A stretch of 64,000 nucleotides of DNA from Utricularia gibba (GCA_002189035.1 CM007989.1:4960001-5024000), one strand, 5' to 3'. Counted from the first letter of the stretch, positions 11,510-25,950 are shown. Numbers and translations: made by a program. Notes: generated by a model from the sequence alone, not told the origin.

Positions 11510-13899
11510 GAGACTCACAAGTCGGTGGCTCATTGCGTTGAAACTCCACTAGAAGAGAATCTGCCATCATCCATGGTAATCGATGTTTCTGCTACATATC
11601 TTAATTTCTACAGTTGATTCAACGTGAATTAGGAAAACTCATAGATGGGGGTGACCAACAACAACCCTTTCCAACCTCCGGACAGTAAGTTGCAAATCTA
11701 TCTTTCTCACGTATGGCACTTGTGGAATTTTGCTTGTCAAGGGACACATGCAGCAATGTTACATGGCACTCATGGGAATGGATTATAGATGCAAGAGCAA
11801 CAATGCATATTGGATACTCGAAATTTTGTTTTAGTTCTCTTAAACCAATAATGTATATGCAAGTTAATTTACCTAATGGTTGTGTGGTTCATATTCAAGG
11901 AGTTGGGAGTATAGTTTTGATTGATACTTCGCAACTTATGAACACACTATTGGTACCACACTTCAAGTATAACCTCATTTCTGTCAAGAGATTGACAAAT
12001 GATGCTAGAATCAATGTAGTTTTCTCTAGTCAATACTGTTTGTTGCGGGATCAGGGCATACATAGAACATTGGGAGTTGGATGCATTCGGGATGGTTTGT
12101 ACATGATTGATAGGCGTTCGTTCTTTCCAAACCTAGTTGAGAGCTTCATTGTGATACGTGATGACTCTAGTACATTGAAAGCCAGTTCGGCGAATAACTT
12201 CATTCCTACATTGTGTTTCTTTGGTGATACTAGAGACATGAATGATCATTTGCTTTGGCATTGTAGATTAGGTCACGTATTAGATTCTAAGTTTAAACAT
12301 GTAAACTTTACTTCTGGTTTGAATGGATCTCCCTGCGATATTTGTCAATTTGTGAAATTCCATGAGGTTCCCTTTCTGTTGAGCGCATCACAGGCACTCC
12401 ACTCCCTCTATCTACTGCACTGCGATATCCTGGTATTTTCTTACGATAGTGGATGATTTTCAAGAGTTACATGAACCTTTTTAGTGAAAGAAAAATCAAG
12501 GGTCGATGCTTATTTGGAAGACTTCCTCAAATATGCAGAAAACTAGTTTGAGTACACTATCAAACATATTCGGTCTAATAAAAGGGGTGAATTTTTGAGC
12601 ATTCAGGTGCATGGTTTATGCGCTGAGAAAGGTTTTCAACATTAATTCTCCTGCACTAAACGTCCACAATAGAATGCACGTGTTGAGCGGAAGCATAAAC
12701 ATTTACTGAAGGTCATACGAGCTCTTATGTTTCAAATGAGACTGTCTAATGTTGTTTGGGGAGAGGTGATCCTTAGAACCACTTATATCATAAATCGAAT
12801 TCCGTCTTTAGTGCTGAATTGGAAAACGCCCTTTGAAGGTTTAATGCATAAATTACCAGAATTTGATCACATGCATGTCTTTGGCTCCCTAGCTTACGCA
12901 ACTAATCTTGATGCTGGAAGTGATAAATTGGCACCACAAATGCGTAGGTGTATCTTCTTGAGATACCTTATGGATAAAAAATAGTAGAAACTATTTGACT
13001 TACATACTTAGGATATTTTCATCTCATGAGATGTCAAATTTTTCAAACATGTGTGCCCAGTCAAGGGCTTTGTTGATCTGGACTCTCTCAATGTCTTATT
13101 GCCCATGGTTTTCCTGGAAGCAGATACTATTACTGACAAGGATAATCTGATACCTTGCCACTTTGATTCCTTTGGCTCTCAAAGCTTGCCACTCACTCCT
13201 GATGCATCGATTGATTCTGTGGCCGATGGCAATGTTTGATCCAACATTTCACAGTGTCCTATTAGTGTTATTGGCAATGAAAGGTTTCAAATGTTGGAGT
13301 GTCTTGCTATTAGTTTGGACCTTATGAAGAGAGAGACAATTCCACAAGAGCACATCAACATTCAGACTTCTGAGAATGCATTCTTGCCCATAGTGATTGT
13401 CCTTTCCACTCCCTTGCTTGGATGATAGATTATTATACTTTCCAAGTAGAACCCTCTTGGAATATCTCACTTGGACAAACCCTCTTTAATCATTGAACCA
13501 CACAATTATAAGGATATCAGCCGTCATTCATATTGGTGTGACGCAATGCAATAAGAACTTCATGCGTTAGAGCATAATCACATTTGGAACATTGTCCCTC
13601 TTCCCCATACAAGTGAGCTATTGGTTGTACATGAGACTACTAGATCACACGCTTATCGAATAGATAGCTAGAATGCTACAAAGCTCATCTAGTTGGCTCT
13701 TCCTTATATGATGTCGTTGCTTTGAAGGAAGAATTACATAATAAGTTTACCATCGAAGACCTTGATGATGCTAGCTTTTTTGGGGGGATTGAGATCTCTC
13801 GCTCAGAGGATGGTATATTCCTTTCTTAACATTGATATTTGAGTGATATTTTGAACAGCTTCGACCTTATTGGTGTACACATGGTGGATATGTCATGTG

Positions 13900-14480
13900 G
13901 ATTTAAATTTTCTGATGATAATTCATCTACACACTGTCCAGAAGACTCGTAAAGCTCTCAATGCTCATGTACTTCAGCAATTGGAGGTTTCTCACGTCGA
14001 AATGTTTCCACATAGCTATGTACATCATCCATTTCATATAATCCTTCCACGAATAATCAAAAGTATCCATCACTCTGTAGTGCATTGTCGTTACTTTACG
14101 TAATGCTGTAAGTAAAAGGAACCATTGCATTCTTTACCTATTCAAAATGATTAAAAAAATTAGCACATATGGAATCTATAATAGCTGCGTACAATGATAA
14201 CACATTACCGGATTTAGAAGTAATTGGTATGACCATCCCCTAGAATACTTTGCAATGCTAAACAATGCACCAATATTAAGCGGATATCCATTATCTTCAG
14301 ATAATGTCATAAATACAACAATATTTTCAATGGAAGCTAGTGTTAAATGAGATAATAGAATACACACCAAATGAAGCACGTATTCGACAAAGGGTTGGAT
14401 AGGTAACCTTAACCCACATTTGAAATATTCAGTGCTAACTGCAAACACGTTGTAGTGGTTGATCTGAAATTTGTTCATCT
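13900..14480 (-). mobile_element. Remnant of a Tat/Ogre-type Gypsy accessory ORF (Transposase_28-like)
   Basis: FAVSTEYFKCGLRLPIQPFVEYVLHLVCILLSHLT resembles the F..GLRxP.HPF..LL...SQL motif of this ORF family. Confidence 0.55.
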
Positions 14481-16813
14481 TCTTCTTTCTCTGATATTAT
14501 GAAACTTTTGGAAATTAAGTATATTTGTCTAATCTTGTCTCTAAAAGTCATCTATCATTGTGAATGTTAGTGGAGTTAGGAAAAATAATAAATATGCATA
14601 TATTATTCATATTTATGTATCATTGTGAATAATATTTACATGTTTTTTACAAAATGATTCAATAGCACAATATATGAATAATAATTATTAAATATTTATA
14701 TTGAAATTTATTTTATATCTTTTAGATTTAATAATATAATATATCAAATTTTATTACGATGTTTTTTAATAGTATACAATTTAAATATATTTAATATGAT
14801 ATTTATTATTATTTCTGATAATTTAAATAAAATAATGAATATGCATATGTATATACATATAATATCATACATAAAAAAAAAAAAGCAAAACAATTATATC
14901 AGTGTATTTCGTTTTTTGGCATTTATTTTTAAAAGAAATATTAAAGATGGATATTTTGTAAAAAGTTTTGAGGTTATGGATATTTTTCAAATTAGGAACA
15001 AGAGAAGTGAGTATTTTTCAAATTGACGTTTTGAATACAGACGCTTTTGACTTATGCTTCTGAAATTTTCAGCTGGATCGAGGACTACTCGGAGGTTACT
15101 GGAAAGCAATGGAATGTAGGTGATCAAATATAACTTATTCTATTTGCGCCTTATTTGAATGTATTATCTTATGACTTTGTTTGAATGTATTTTTTAATTT
15201 TTAATAATAATGATTTGGCTTTAACAGTTAAAAATTTTGAAAACATGAATTTAGACATTAATAATATTTTACATGTTATGTATTAACTCTATACTAATAG
15301 ATACTGTGATATGAGTTTTTCTAGTACATCTACTATTTCGATTAATAAGAAACAATTCGATAGATATTATTCATAAAAAACATAATTTATTTATTTCTTC
15401 TTTTTCATCATCTTTTTTAAGTTTTGTAAATGAAATTACACTTTATAATAATATTCCAATTGTTAAGAATATTAATGATGATAACTTTTATATTTTGGAT
15501 TAATAGAAAATCTATTCGACTACTTATCTTATATTGACTAGATGATAAAAGATTTATTACACTCTGGCATTTGAAAATGCTTTTATTGCAGCTAAACGAG
15601 TACTTAATGGTAAATGGTCAAAATTGAACAACACTCTAGAGTCATGTATTTTCTAACGAATTGGTTATAACAAACAAATAGAATTAAATACTATTTTCGA
15701 GTTCAAGTGATAATGATAATAAAGACTCTTGAAAAATGAATGAATATTAGTGATTTAATTGTTTAACATTATAATTATTTATATTTTTTTATATATATGT
15801 TTGGTTGAAAAAAAAAACTGTGTTCAAGAGAAGAATTGTTCGGTTGAGTCCAAAAAAAAGATTCTAATAATGTGAATCTGATCATTAATTTATGTTTCAA
15901 AATATTTCACGAAATTTATTATTTCTCAAATTCAAATTGTTATTTTTTTGTATATGCTCAGAAGTTACCATAATGCACAGACACATTATGGTAACCGAGG
16001 CTGGTGCGTCATATGGGGAAAAAATGCAGGTTGTGCCGTTTGAGCTGATTTTTTTTTCGAAATTTTTTTAAAATAATTAATAATTGATAAATAAATTTTA
16101 TTTTATAAATAATATTTAATAACAATTTTTTAAAACCGTTATTCTAATGAAAACCATGTTATTTGATTTTGATTTTAATTCGGTTCAAATTTTATGATTA
16201 CGATTCTAAATCAAAATTGGAACCAAAAGAGATATAAAAAATGTAGTTTATGAAGTATTGTTTGGATGAAACTGACCGGTTTCTAACCAAAATAGAACAA
16301 TCGGTGACAACATTAATTGTCGTTGTACCTCCGTCTCCCACAAAATGGGTTAATCGGATAGTCCAGTCATTATAACTGGGCCGGAATCCCGAGAGCGGGC
16401 CAAAATGTGGCCCATCTTGCCGCTGGGAAACAATCCACCCTTGTGCATCACTTGTGCTGCTCCCTTTCTCTGAAAGTGGAACCCTAGTACTCGCACTTGT
16501 CGCTGAGGATCTCTTGGCTGAAAGCACCGAAAGGTATGGTGAAAATCCGTGATTTCATCTTTATAGGGTTCAGTCGCTTGCCACTTTTCTGCGTTGATGT
16601 AACTGACAACGAATGCTTTCACTCCAGTCTCATGTTTAGAAATTTAGGACGAACGAAAGGTGCCTATTTCAGCGTAATGTTTTAGGATAGGCGCAGCGGT
16701 TGTTTTTTTTTTTTTTTTTTTTTGTTTATGGTTGAAGTCATAATCTCTGAACTACTTGGTTGTAGGATTTGTATCTCAAAATCAAGTCTTCAAACTAGTA
16801 ACCTTGCAAAAGC

Positions 16814-17892
16814 ATGAGGAAGCTGAAGTTTCACGAGAAGAAATTGCTAAAGAAAGTAAATTTTCTTGAGTGGAAGAGAGAAGGAGGTCATCGGGAAAAC
16901 TTGGTTAGGCAACGTTATCATCTCATCGGACCATACGACTACAAGAAGTTAGTTTCAGTGTTACATCTGACGCTCTAGTCACTTGTTTAATAATGTTGTT
17001 CTTGATAGAATCGCTCTCACGGTTTCAGGTATTCTGGTTTGTGTAGAAAGGTGCAGAAGCTGGTTAGCATACTCAAACAGATGGACCCAAAAGACCCATT
17101 TAGGATTCAGATGACTGACGCTCTTCTTGAAAAGTTGTGAGTTTGAACCTGGTCTCTGTCCCTCCATTCACAGGTTGAAAACACCCGTAGTGTCATATAG
17201 TGTATATCTACTAGCCTTGAAGCAATGCTCCTCTTGGCTTTTCAGCTTTTCAGTGATGTCTCGTGATTAGCTTCTGTAGATGTGATGCATTTTATTGTAT
17301 TCACATCCTGGCCAGTTTTTATGATACAATTAGTGGCATGAAGCCTTGCTCTAAGTGATGTTTTTTTTCTTTTCTAGTTTCACTTTTGCAGTTTTTTCGT
17401 CACTTCAGGTACAACATTGGTGTGATACCATCCCGGAGAAGCTTGGCTCTCTGTGAGCGGTTGTCTGTGTCCTCATTTTGCCGGTATGTAGATTTTCACA
17501 CACAGGAAAGTAGGTATAGAAGCAATGACTGTGTATTAGATTCCTTTACAAGCATCATATTGTTTCTATGACGACAAATGGCAGTCCGAAGTTTTATCAG
17601 TATCATATCAGATGTTTTCATCTCGATGATGAATTGTTGTTGAACCATTTGCATCAGGCGCCGGCTTGCTACCGTTCTTACGAGATTGAAATTTGCTGAG
17701 CACTTGAAGGAGGCAGTGACATACATTGAACAGGGGCATATTCGTGTTGGGCCAGAGACTGTCACCGATCCTGCATATCTTGTCACAAGGAGCATGGAGG
17801 ATTTTGTAACTTGGGTGGACACGTCCAAGATCAGAAGGAAGGTCTTGCAGTATAATGAGCAGTTGGACGATTTCGATGCCCTGAATGCATGA
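16814..17892 (+). CDS. IMP3: U3 small nucleolar ribonucleoprotein IMP3 (S4 RNA-binding family)
   Basis: Exons 16814-16947, 17029-17136, 17409-17483 and 17658-17892, GT-AG and in frame. [21 protein letters not shown]...[13 protein letters not shown]...[35 protein letters not shown]. Site II motifs upstream at ~16375-16410. Confidence 0.96.
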
Positions 17893-20800
17893 TATGTTGA
17901 TAACTCCTGGCCCTATTTTCTCACTACGGAGCTCCGTCACTACAACGGCAAGTTGCAATATAAGCTTTGAACTTTGAGTGTTGTCTCCAGCTTGATCATC
18001 AGGTTGATTTTTTTTTTAAATCTCAAAATTGAATGAGTTTTGGGTCTTATCTCACAATTTAATTTTAATTTATTTTTGTTAGCAATAGGAGGTTAAAGAT
18101 AAACAGGGAAACACACTGATCTTGGCACTAAACGATCCAAGTATTTTTCTTATTATGCAAATATTAAGACATTGAGTAAATTTGATTTCTAATTTTTGCT
18201 GTAATGAGCATGATTAATTCAGAATGTTTGATGTATAATAAATTTTTTATTCGAATTGTTTGAAAATTAGGCAAGATTGTTCTCTACAATTATTAGGTAT
18301 ATGTGACCCTCATTATCAACTGTTTAAGGATTGGATGGACTTGAATAACCCTTCGTTTGTACTCTAAAATTAACAAAGCATAAAAGCATAGGATTCAACG
18401 ACTATGATGATAATCAATATACTGAATACAAAGAGTACTTTTTGCCTAAATTGAAGTCTTCAGCAATGGGTGGTCCACTATGATCTCTGATTGTGCAAAT
18501 ATTCTGTACATTTCATGCATCGGACAACTTAACAACATTTTTTTTCTACAGTCATGAAATTGTTAGAAATACACTATCTTAGGACTAGTTAGGCATCTAG
18601 GTTTTCCATTACAAGAGCTAGGTGAGTTGCTATCAAAGGGTATCTAAAATCAATTGGATGATAATTTCACAATAACACCTTGGTATCAAGCACTAACATA
18701 TTGGCTCCTAAAGCAAAAATTATTAGCTCCTAAACCATGTGTGAAATTATTGATGGCAATAATTTCACACATGCATATTTGCATGAAAGTTCTACAAGAG
18801 TGAACGCAACATTAGAGACAAATTGCTAATACTCAAAGCATATTGCAAACTCATCAAGTTCTAGCATTTGCAACATGAGCAAGTATGTTAGAAAATGCAT
18901 ACTAACTAGTAAAATGTTTCAATCATGGATAAACAACATCTCTCTATTTGGTGATCATTGCTAATGAACTATGAAAGATCTTTATGTGACAATGGATATG
19001 CTAATATTGAAGAATTTTTAATAACGTATTGTTATTATTTGAAAGAATAGGGATCAGAAACTCAAACCTCTCAAAAATGTGAAGAAGAAATGTCATGCTT
19101 CAACTAAAAATGTGATCAAGAGAGATTGAGATCTAATAAAAATAATGTAAAACATATTATAAATTTTTTATTTATGTCTGTCTAATAAGAATTGAAAAGT
19201 GTGTAGTGTTGGCATATATTTGATAATTTCATTTAAAAGAAGATGGTTATTTAGTTATTAAAAAATACCTGTTTCTTGATTTAAAGAATAATGATAAAAA
19301 TAATATAGAATTGAAATATGATACATCATGAGATAGCACTAAAGTAATGCATTCATATATTTTTTAATTATTATTATTTTGATTATAGTGGTCAAATGCA
19401 TTTTAGTAAGGATCTTTTATTCCTATCAATTTCGGTGTATCTACGACAAAAAAAAATGCGTGTGCTGTACCTCTCTTATCACGAAATCAATTGAAAAGTT
19501 TTTATCAGAGTTTGCAAGTTAATGAAGGCATCCGGTTTAGTGTTAATTGCGACCACCGATAATTATATAATCCCATTATTTTTAAATCCGTCCGGAACAT
19601 TTGGTAAACACATATACCAAACACGTTTCACACTTGACACATTTGGGCAAACCCATTTTGAAAATACCCAAATAAATTAAAGACAGTCCTAAGTGAAACT
19701 GAATAGGTAGGTTTTCAATTTCAGTCATAAGAAAGTGAAGGTTTTTGGGACTCAGCATTAAGGCTTCTCAAACACATCCCTATTCCCCATGCCTCCTTCT
19801 CTTGGGTGCTTTCTAAATGCTCGTTCAGCTCTACATTGATGCTTCTCGAGTTCCCAGGCTCAGGCTCCATGTTGCCACGGGACGTATGAATATAAAAACA
19901 CTATTTGTCAAGATTTTAATTTTTCATCCCAATCTCTTGTAATTTTGTACGTTTAGATGGTAACAAATTTTAAAGCAATATTATTTGAAAGCAATAATAT
20001 TTCTAAAATTGAAAACATTTCAGTATAAAAAGTTAAATCAAAATCAGTATAACATTAAAATATTTATTTAGCATAAAAATATTTAAAAGCAATAATTATT
20101 AATTATGAACACAATTTTAAGGTGTGTGTAAATTGTATTTATAATCTGCCCAGAGAATATACTCTCAGTGTCGGTAATTATAGAATGAAAGGAATTGATA
20201 TATTTTTCCGAAATAAATTAATATATATTTTTTACTATTCAGCATTAAAATGGAGTTGACTTTTTCTAAAATTGAAAACAATCGATGAGGGTTAATGGGG
20301 TTATTTTAAGTAGGGTAGGTGAAAAGGCTTGTCACGGCGTCGACGACCGTCCCACTCTACACAACAAATCCCTTGAAATTCTTCTCCCTGGGAAGGAAAA
20401 CATTTTTTATATTCTCATTGTTAAAATCAAATTTACAAAACCACAAATTAAAAAAAGACAGTCGAAATATTATATTTCGGACTAGACGTGGAAAATAAGA
20501 TTTTTCAAAGTAAAATAATATTACATTTTGATTGTTTCAATTTGGAAAAATAAACCCTTTGGGCCAATTCCAATTGCGTGAGAAGGAGAAAGAAGGGACT
20601 TCTTGGATCCCCATGTCATTTTTGTACTGGGACTTCCGATCCAGAGATGGAAATTCAATCGGCGGCCGTGGAGTAGGCCGGAACAGAAATTGAATTGAGT
20701 TGCTGCAATCGGAAAAGCTGATTACTCTTCGTTCTATTCACTATTTTTCTTGTTTTCTTTTTGTGATTTTGATAGAGGAATCCGGGGGAAGAATTCAGGG

Positions 20801-21050
20801 GGCGCTGGACTAGCGGAAAGGTTTAGGGGGTTTGTGGGATAGGGGATTGCTGTTGGTGGTTGAATTCTTCGAAATCAGGGCCTTGGAATAAAAGAATGGT
20901 TTGGGAGGCGGATCTATGGTGAAATTTGTCGTATTGGTGTGCTTTCGGAATTCGAGGGGAGTTTTGATTGGAAGAGTATTTGTATTTTATACTCTTTGCA
21001 GCGGTGGTGGTGCCGGCGGTTGTTAGGATAGTGGGGGGTGGAGGAGGAAG

Positions 21051-23431
21051 ATGCAGCTGCGCTTCTCGCCTAGCATGAGAAGTATAACTATATCTTCCAA
21101 CAACAATGGAGGAAATGGTAATGGATATGGTGGAGACTTGATGAAGATCAAACTCGCAGCTCGCCAGATTTCTTATCGCGCATTTTTTCACACCATTTTG
21201 ATTCTTTCTTTTTTGTTGCCATTTGTGTTTATTCTTACTGCGCTTATCACACTTGAAGGCGTCAACAAGTGTTCCTCGTTCGGTAATTAATTGTTTTTTT
21301 TTTCTTTCCCGTTGTACCTGCTTATTATACGTTTTTCACCTCGCTTATGCTTTCTTTGGGTTGATTCTGTCATGTCTTCAGATTGTTTGGGACGACGACT
21401 GGGGCCGAAGCTTCTCGGTAGAAGTGACGATTCTGGGGTATTTATTTTCTTTGTTGATCTGAGTAGATTATGATGCAGTTTTTCATGCGAGCCATTTATT
21501 TATTTTTCTCCTTTTGCAGAGACTTGCCAAGGACTTCGCAAAAATACTAAATCAAGTTAACTCTGAGAAAGTACCAGAAAATCTAAAGATTCCTAACTCC
21601 TTTCATCAGCTTGTGTCTGAGATGAAGGAAAACAAGTACAGCTCAAGGGAGTTTGCTTTAATTTTGAAGGGAATGGTATATTTCTTGATGAATTTGCACT
21701 ATCTTGTTTGATGAATCAGCTATCGAGAGATTTACCTTATGATTTATTTTCGTAATGATTTTCGTTCTGTCTGGCAGATGGAGAAGTTTGAAGGTGAGAT
21801 AAGAGAAGCCAAGTTTGCTGAACTGATGAATAAGCATTTTGCGGCTAGTGCACTTCCTAAATCCATTCACTGTCTCTCGTTGAGGCTGACTGATGAGTAT
21901 TCTTCTAATGCATATGCACGTCGGCAGTTACCTTCTCCAGAGTTGCTTCCCGTGCTTTCTGATAACTCCTATCATCACCTTGTCGTCTCGACAGACAATG
22001 TTTTGGCTGCCTCGGTAGTTGTTGCATCAGCTGTTCAATCATCTCAAAACCCTGAGAAAATTGTTTTCCATGTCATAACTGATAAGAAAACTTATGCAGC
22101 CATGCACGCATGGTTTGCACTAAACCCAGTCTCTCCTGCCATAGTTGAAGTAAAAGGTGTACATCAGTTTGATTGGTTGACCAGAGAGAATGTCCCGGTT
22201 CTTGAGGCTGTGGAAAGCCACAATGCTATTCGAAATTACTACCATGGAAATCACATTGCTGGTGCCAATCTTAGTGTTACAACTCCACGGACATTTGCCT
22301 CTAAATTACAGGCGAGAAGCCCGAAGTATATCTCTTTGCTCAATCATCTTCGTATATACCTTCCAGAGGTAACTGGTTTTTGAAATTAAGTATACAGCTT
22401 TTCACTTGGGATTGACTTACCTTTTCATTTTATTTCTTGTGACTATAAATGGAAGACTTCCAGTTTGTAGAATTGTTTGCTTGAAAGTTCCTTATTGAAA
22501 ACAAGGCCAGATGTATTTTAGTCTATAATATTTAACATGTCACACGTTTGGTTCCATCTTGTGTTCTGTTCCTTTTCAGTCCTTTTCCCCAATATTTTTT
22601 CTGTACACCTTAATCAAAATATGAGCCCCTGTTTATTTCTTGATCAAAGCTGGTATTGAAAGCGTGTTAAAGTATTGTCTAAAATTGAGTCCTGCTCCTG
22701 GAGAGAATATAACTCTTTTGCATTCTGCAGCTATTTCCAGACCTTGACAAGGTGATTTTTTTGGATGATGATGTTGTAATTCAGCGTGACTTGAGTCCTC
22801 TCTGGGAGATCGATCTCAATGGAAAGGTTAATGGAGCTGTTGAAACCTGTAGAGGTGAAGATAAATGGGTTATGTCTAAGCATTTCAGAAACTATTTCAA
22901 CTTCTCAAATCCTCGCGTGGCAAAGAATTTGAATCCAGATGATTGTGCTTGGGCGTATGGAATGAATATATTTGACTTGCGTGCATGGAGGGAAACAAAC
23001 ATCATTAGTACCTATCATACATGGGTGAAGGAGGTAAACGAATTTCTATGACGCATGTATCCGTATCATCGCACTTATCTGCAATGTCCTGAGCATTTCT
23101 TTGAGCATACAGTAACAAATTCTATGCTGCCTTTCCTGTCACTCTTGCAGAATTTGAAATCAAACCTGACACTATGGAAACTAGGGACTCTCCCCCGGCG
23201 CTAATCGCATTCAGGGGTAATGTCCAACCTATTGATCCTTCATGGCACATGCTTGGATTGGGATACCAAAACAACAGCAATATTGGAAACGTAAAGAAGG
23301 CAGCTGTAATTCACTACAACGGTCAGTCAAAACCATGGTTGGAAATCGGGTTCGAGCATCTCCGGCCATTCTGGACCAAGCACGTTAACTACTCCAACGA
23401 GTTCATCAGGAATTGTCACGTATTGGAGTAG
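21051..23431 (+). CDS. GAUT13: Galacturonosyltransferase GAUT13/14-like (GT8), with an apparent 1-bp frameshift in the last exon
   Basis: Exons 21051-21282, 21382-21437, 21520-21675, 21778-22368, 22731-23033 and 23151-23431. N-terminal TM anchor, GT8 FLDDD motif, IHYNGQSKPWL. The last exon switches frame at the C-run 23192-23196. GAUT13 and GAUT14 cannot be told apart here. Confidence 0.93.
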
Positions 23432-24195
23432 ACAAATGGAAGGGGCATATTTTGCCACATCCATGCACACTATCACACTCTGTAAAGTAGCAGATTTCCA
23501 TAAGGCGGATCCCGCTGGACTGAAGTACTTTGGAGCTTTCCATAGAATTGGTGTCGCCAGAAGCAGCTCCATCCATCTTCAGCCCATCCTCATTCATTCT
23601 TCCTGCTGTGGGCTCTTTGCATGATGCCATTTTCAATGTTACACAAACTTTGCAGGGTTGATTCTTTTGGTTAGTCCTTACAGTTGAGTTTAGGAACCAT
23701 TCCCCATTCTTGTCGACTGTCATACACATTTGTATTCTTTTTTTCATTCCTAAGATGGCATTTCGGACGCGAATTTGTTTCGTGCCCTTGGAACTAACGA
23801 ATGTGTCAATGGTTTTTATGGACCTAATGCACCTGGTATTCCAATCACCTAAACCTGCAAAGTAACTTTTAAGAATTAGATTTGCAAAATAGCTGATTTT
23901 TGTTTTAAATCGGCAAAGTAACAAACCTTTACAAAACATTTGCACTATAACTAACTTTCTATGTATATTAAATTTGTATTACTTTTTGAAATACTAAGTT
24001 ATTATAAATATTATTAATAATCTTTTTAATCAATTTAAATTTTAAAATAATAAATTTGCATAAAAAATTCGAAATTTAACAAAAATTAAGATTAATTCGA
24101 AAAATAAATAAATAAAATAGTACTGTAAAATATTAATTAATTTACAATACTTATTTAAAAATACTACCAAATGTATGTGTTATGGTTGAAAATCA

Positions 24196-25950
24196 ATGTT
24201 AGAGTGAAAGCCGACTCTCGGGTTACAAATGTAGACGATCGTGCCATGTTCGATTAAGGCCTTAGAATTCTGTGCGGCGTGATCGTGTTAACTAGAAATG
24301 TAAAAAGACCGGAGTTATAACGTGGAAACCATCGTAAAACATAAAAATCACGAAGCTGTAAGAGCCTTCACTAGATGGAAAAATACCTTCACTAGATGGA
24401 GGTGGGGAGAACATATAAGTTTAAAGGCTTAGAGTCGAACCCTTTCTTCTTCGAGGTTTTTTATATTTATAAGGGAACTTCACCTAACCGAATTCTGAGT
24501 TCTGTAAGTGTCAAATGCTTTCTATGCCTACTGTACATACTGTGGTTTTGTTTTCAGATAACCGCCAATTGCTCTGTCATAATCGTAATTCGTCTACTTT
24601 TCAGACTGTACAAAACGGCTACTGCTGGCAAACCCTGACATTATCGATATATCAGCCTACACCAGGGTGTCAGAACACCTTTTGGCTACTTTTCAGAAAC
24701 CAATTACCTTAGTTCAATTTAGATCCCATCATTCAGCCACTCTGATTTACCGATATTGGCCGCTTGGGGTAAATTGGTGAATTAGAATCACTAAGGGAGT
24801 TTGCTGAGGATGACTCTTGGGAAACGTTCTCATCGGAGGAGGAGCATCAAAATGTAGTCGACGAAATGGGGAAGGCAATCGATGATGCCAACTTCGAAAA
24901 GGAGAGCTTCAAAATAAGGCTTGAAGAGGCGGAAGTAGAATTGAAGCATGCTAAGGACCGCATCTCGGCTTTGGAGGCCGAATTGCTTATTCAAGAAGCG
25001 TCTCAACGAGGACTTCTGGATGATTTCTTCAATTCAGCCTGCTTCTTCGAGCTGTCCGACATTTATGCTAGGGACTTAATCGGGCTGCTCCTATATCGGT
25101 AGAGACGCCAATTCAGCCGGGAATTCGGGCCATCAATCACAGATCCACACTTTGATAGGATCAACCCCTTGACAAAGGATGAGAATATGGTGGATGTTAT
25201 CGTGGACGTGTATCAAGCTCCAGAATTTGGGTTTGAAGCAGATCGGGAGCGCTTAATAGCGTTGATTCGGGCTAGGATCCAACGAGAAAACGAAGCCAAG
25301 CTAAGGGCGAGGCTCGAAGGGCATGTCGGCCCCTCAATTGATCCTATCCCCTGAACTCTAATTTTCTAGAACTAACGTTTATGCTCCCGGTTTGGGGTGT
25401 TGCACACATTTGGGATCCCGATTTGGATTTCTTCTTTTGGTTTACTTAGCTTTTGCATATTCCTTTCGCTTCCATCAATTTTTTGAATATGAAAGTTGCG
25501 TGATTTTCCAATCACTTGGTTGGGCTTTTTTGCCTAAGTCTTTTCTTACACGTGCAAAACCGCTACTAAGGACATGACTCGGAATCCCTCTTGGGTTGAG
25601 TTACATCCTCAATCCGAATAGGCCCTCTTTTGGCCAGATATCTATGCTTTCGGGGAATAGTTGGATCTGCTTCGGGTGCACTTACCGTCTCAAGATTTGG
25701 CAGTAAGAACTTTACTTAGGGCTTTTTCAGAGCTTACATGAGTGGCTTATGGAAGCTGGTGCCCGAGTTGTACCAGGGTTTACCCTTATCACTGGTGCCT
25801 AGGTTTAAGGGATCTAATACTCTGGGAGGAGCCTCAGGTTGGTTTGTTGTACCCATCAGGGGGTGTAGACTTAGATGGTTTGCCTGGGCTTACATGACTC
25901 GGTCAGGATTTTGCTGTTGCGTTATACATCTCCTTTACGGAGGAATTACT
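24196..25950. mobile_element. Probable Tat/Ogre-like Gypsy internal remnant with a coiled-coil ORF fragment
   Basis: GC-richer block with sharp edges in AT-rich DNA. Intronless, broken acidic coiled-coil ORFs (KIRLEEAEVELKHAKDRISALEAEL) followed by short repetitive sequence. No core pol domain recognised. Confidence 0.4.

Larger units (their letters stand above)
7450..13880 (+). mobile_element. Decayed Ty1/Copia retrotransposon, interrupted by an insertion at 7721-11509
   Basis: gag zinc-knuckle remnant VCKKSCHMQDNCFTINKPPPWW (7541-7630); gag continues after 11514 (KSVAHCVETPLE); protease WIIDARATMHI (~11775); pre-integrase WHCRLGH (~12255); integrase ARVERKHKHLL and VWGEVILRTTYIINRIPS; RT start EPHNYK...AMQ*ELHALEHNHIWNIV. 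Many stops and frameshifts. Confidence 0.9.

Noticed and set aside
15073-15119. 47-nt AG/GT-flanked orphan exon candidate
   Set aside because: No frame gives a recognisable peptide and there are no partner exons.
20896-21026. uORFs of 8 and 36 aa upstream of GAUT
   Set aside because: Both ATGs lie within a probable 5' UTR intron (donor gtttag at ~20821, acceptor ctttgcag at 21001), so they would be spliced out.
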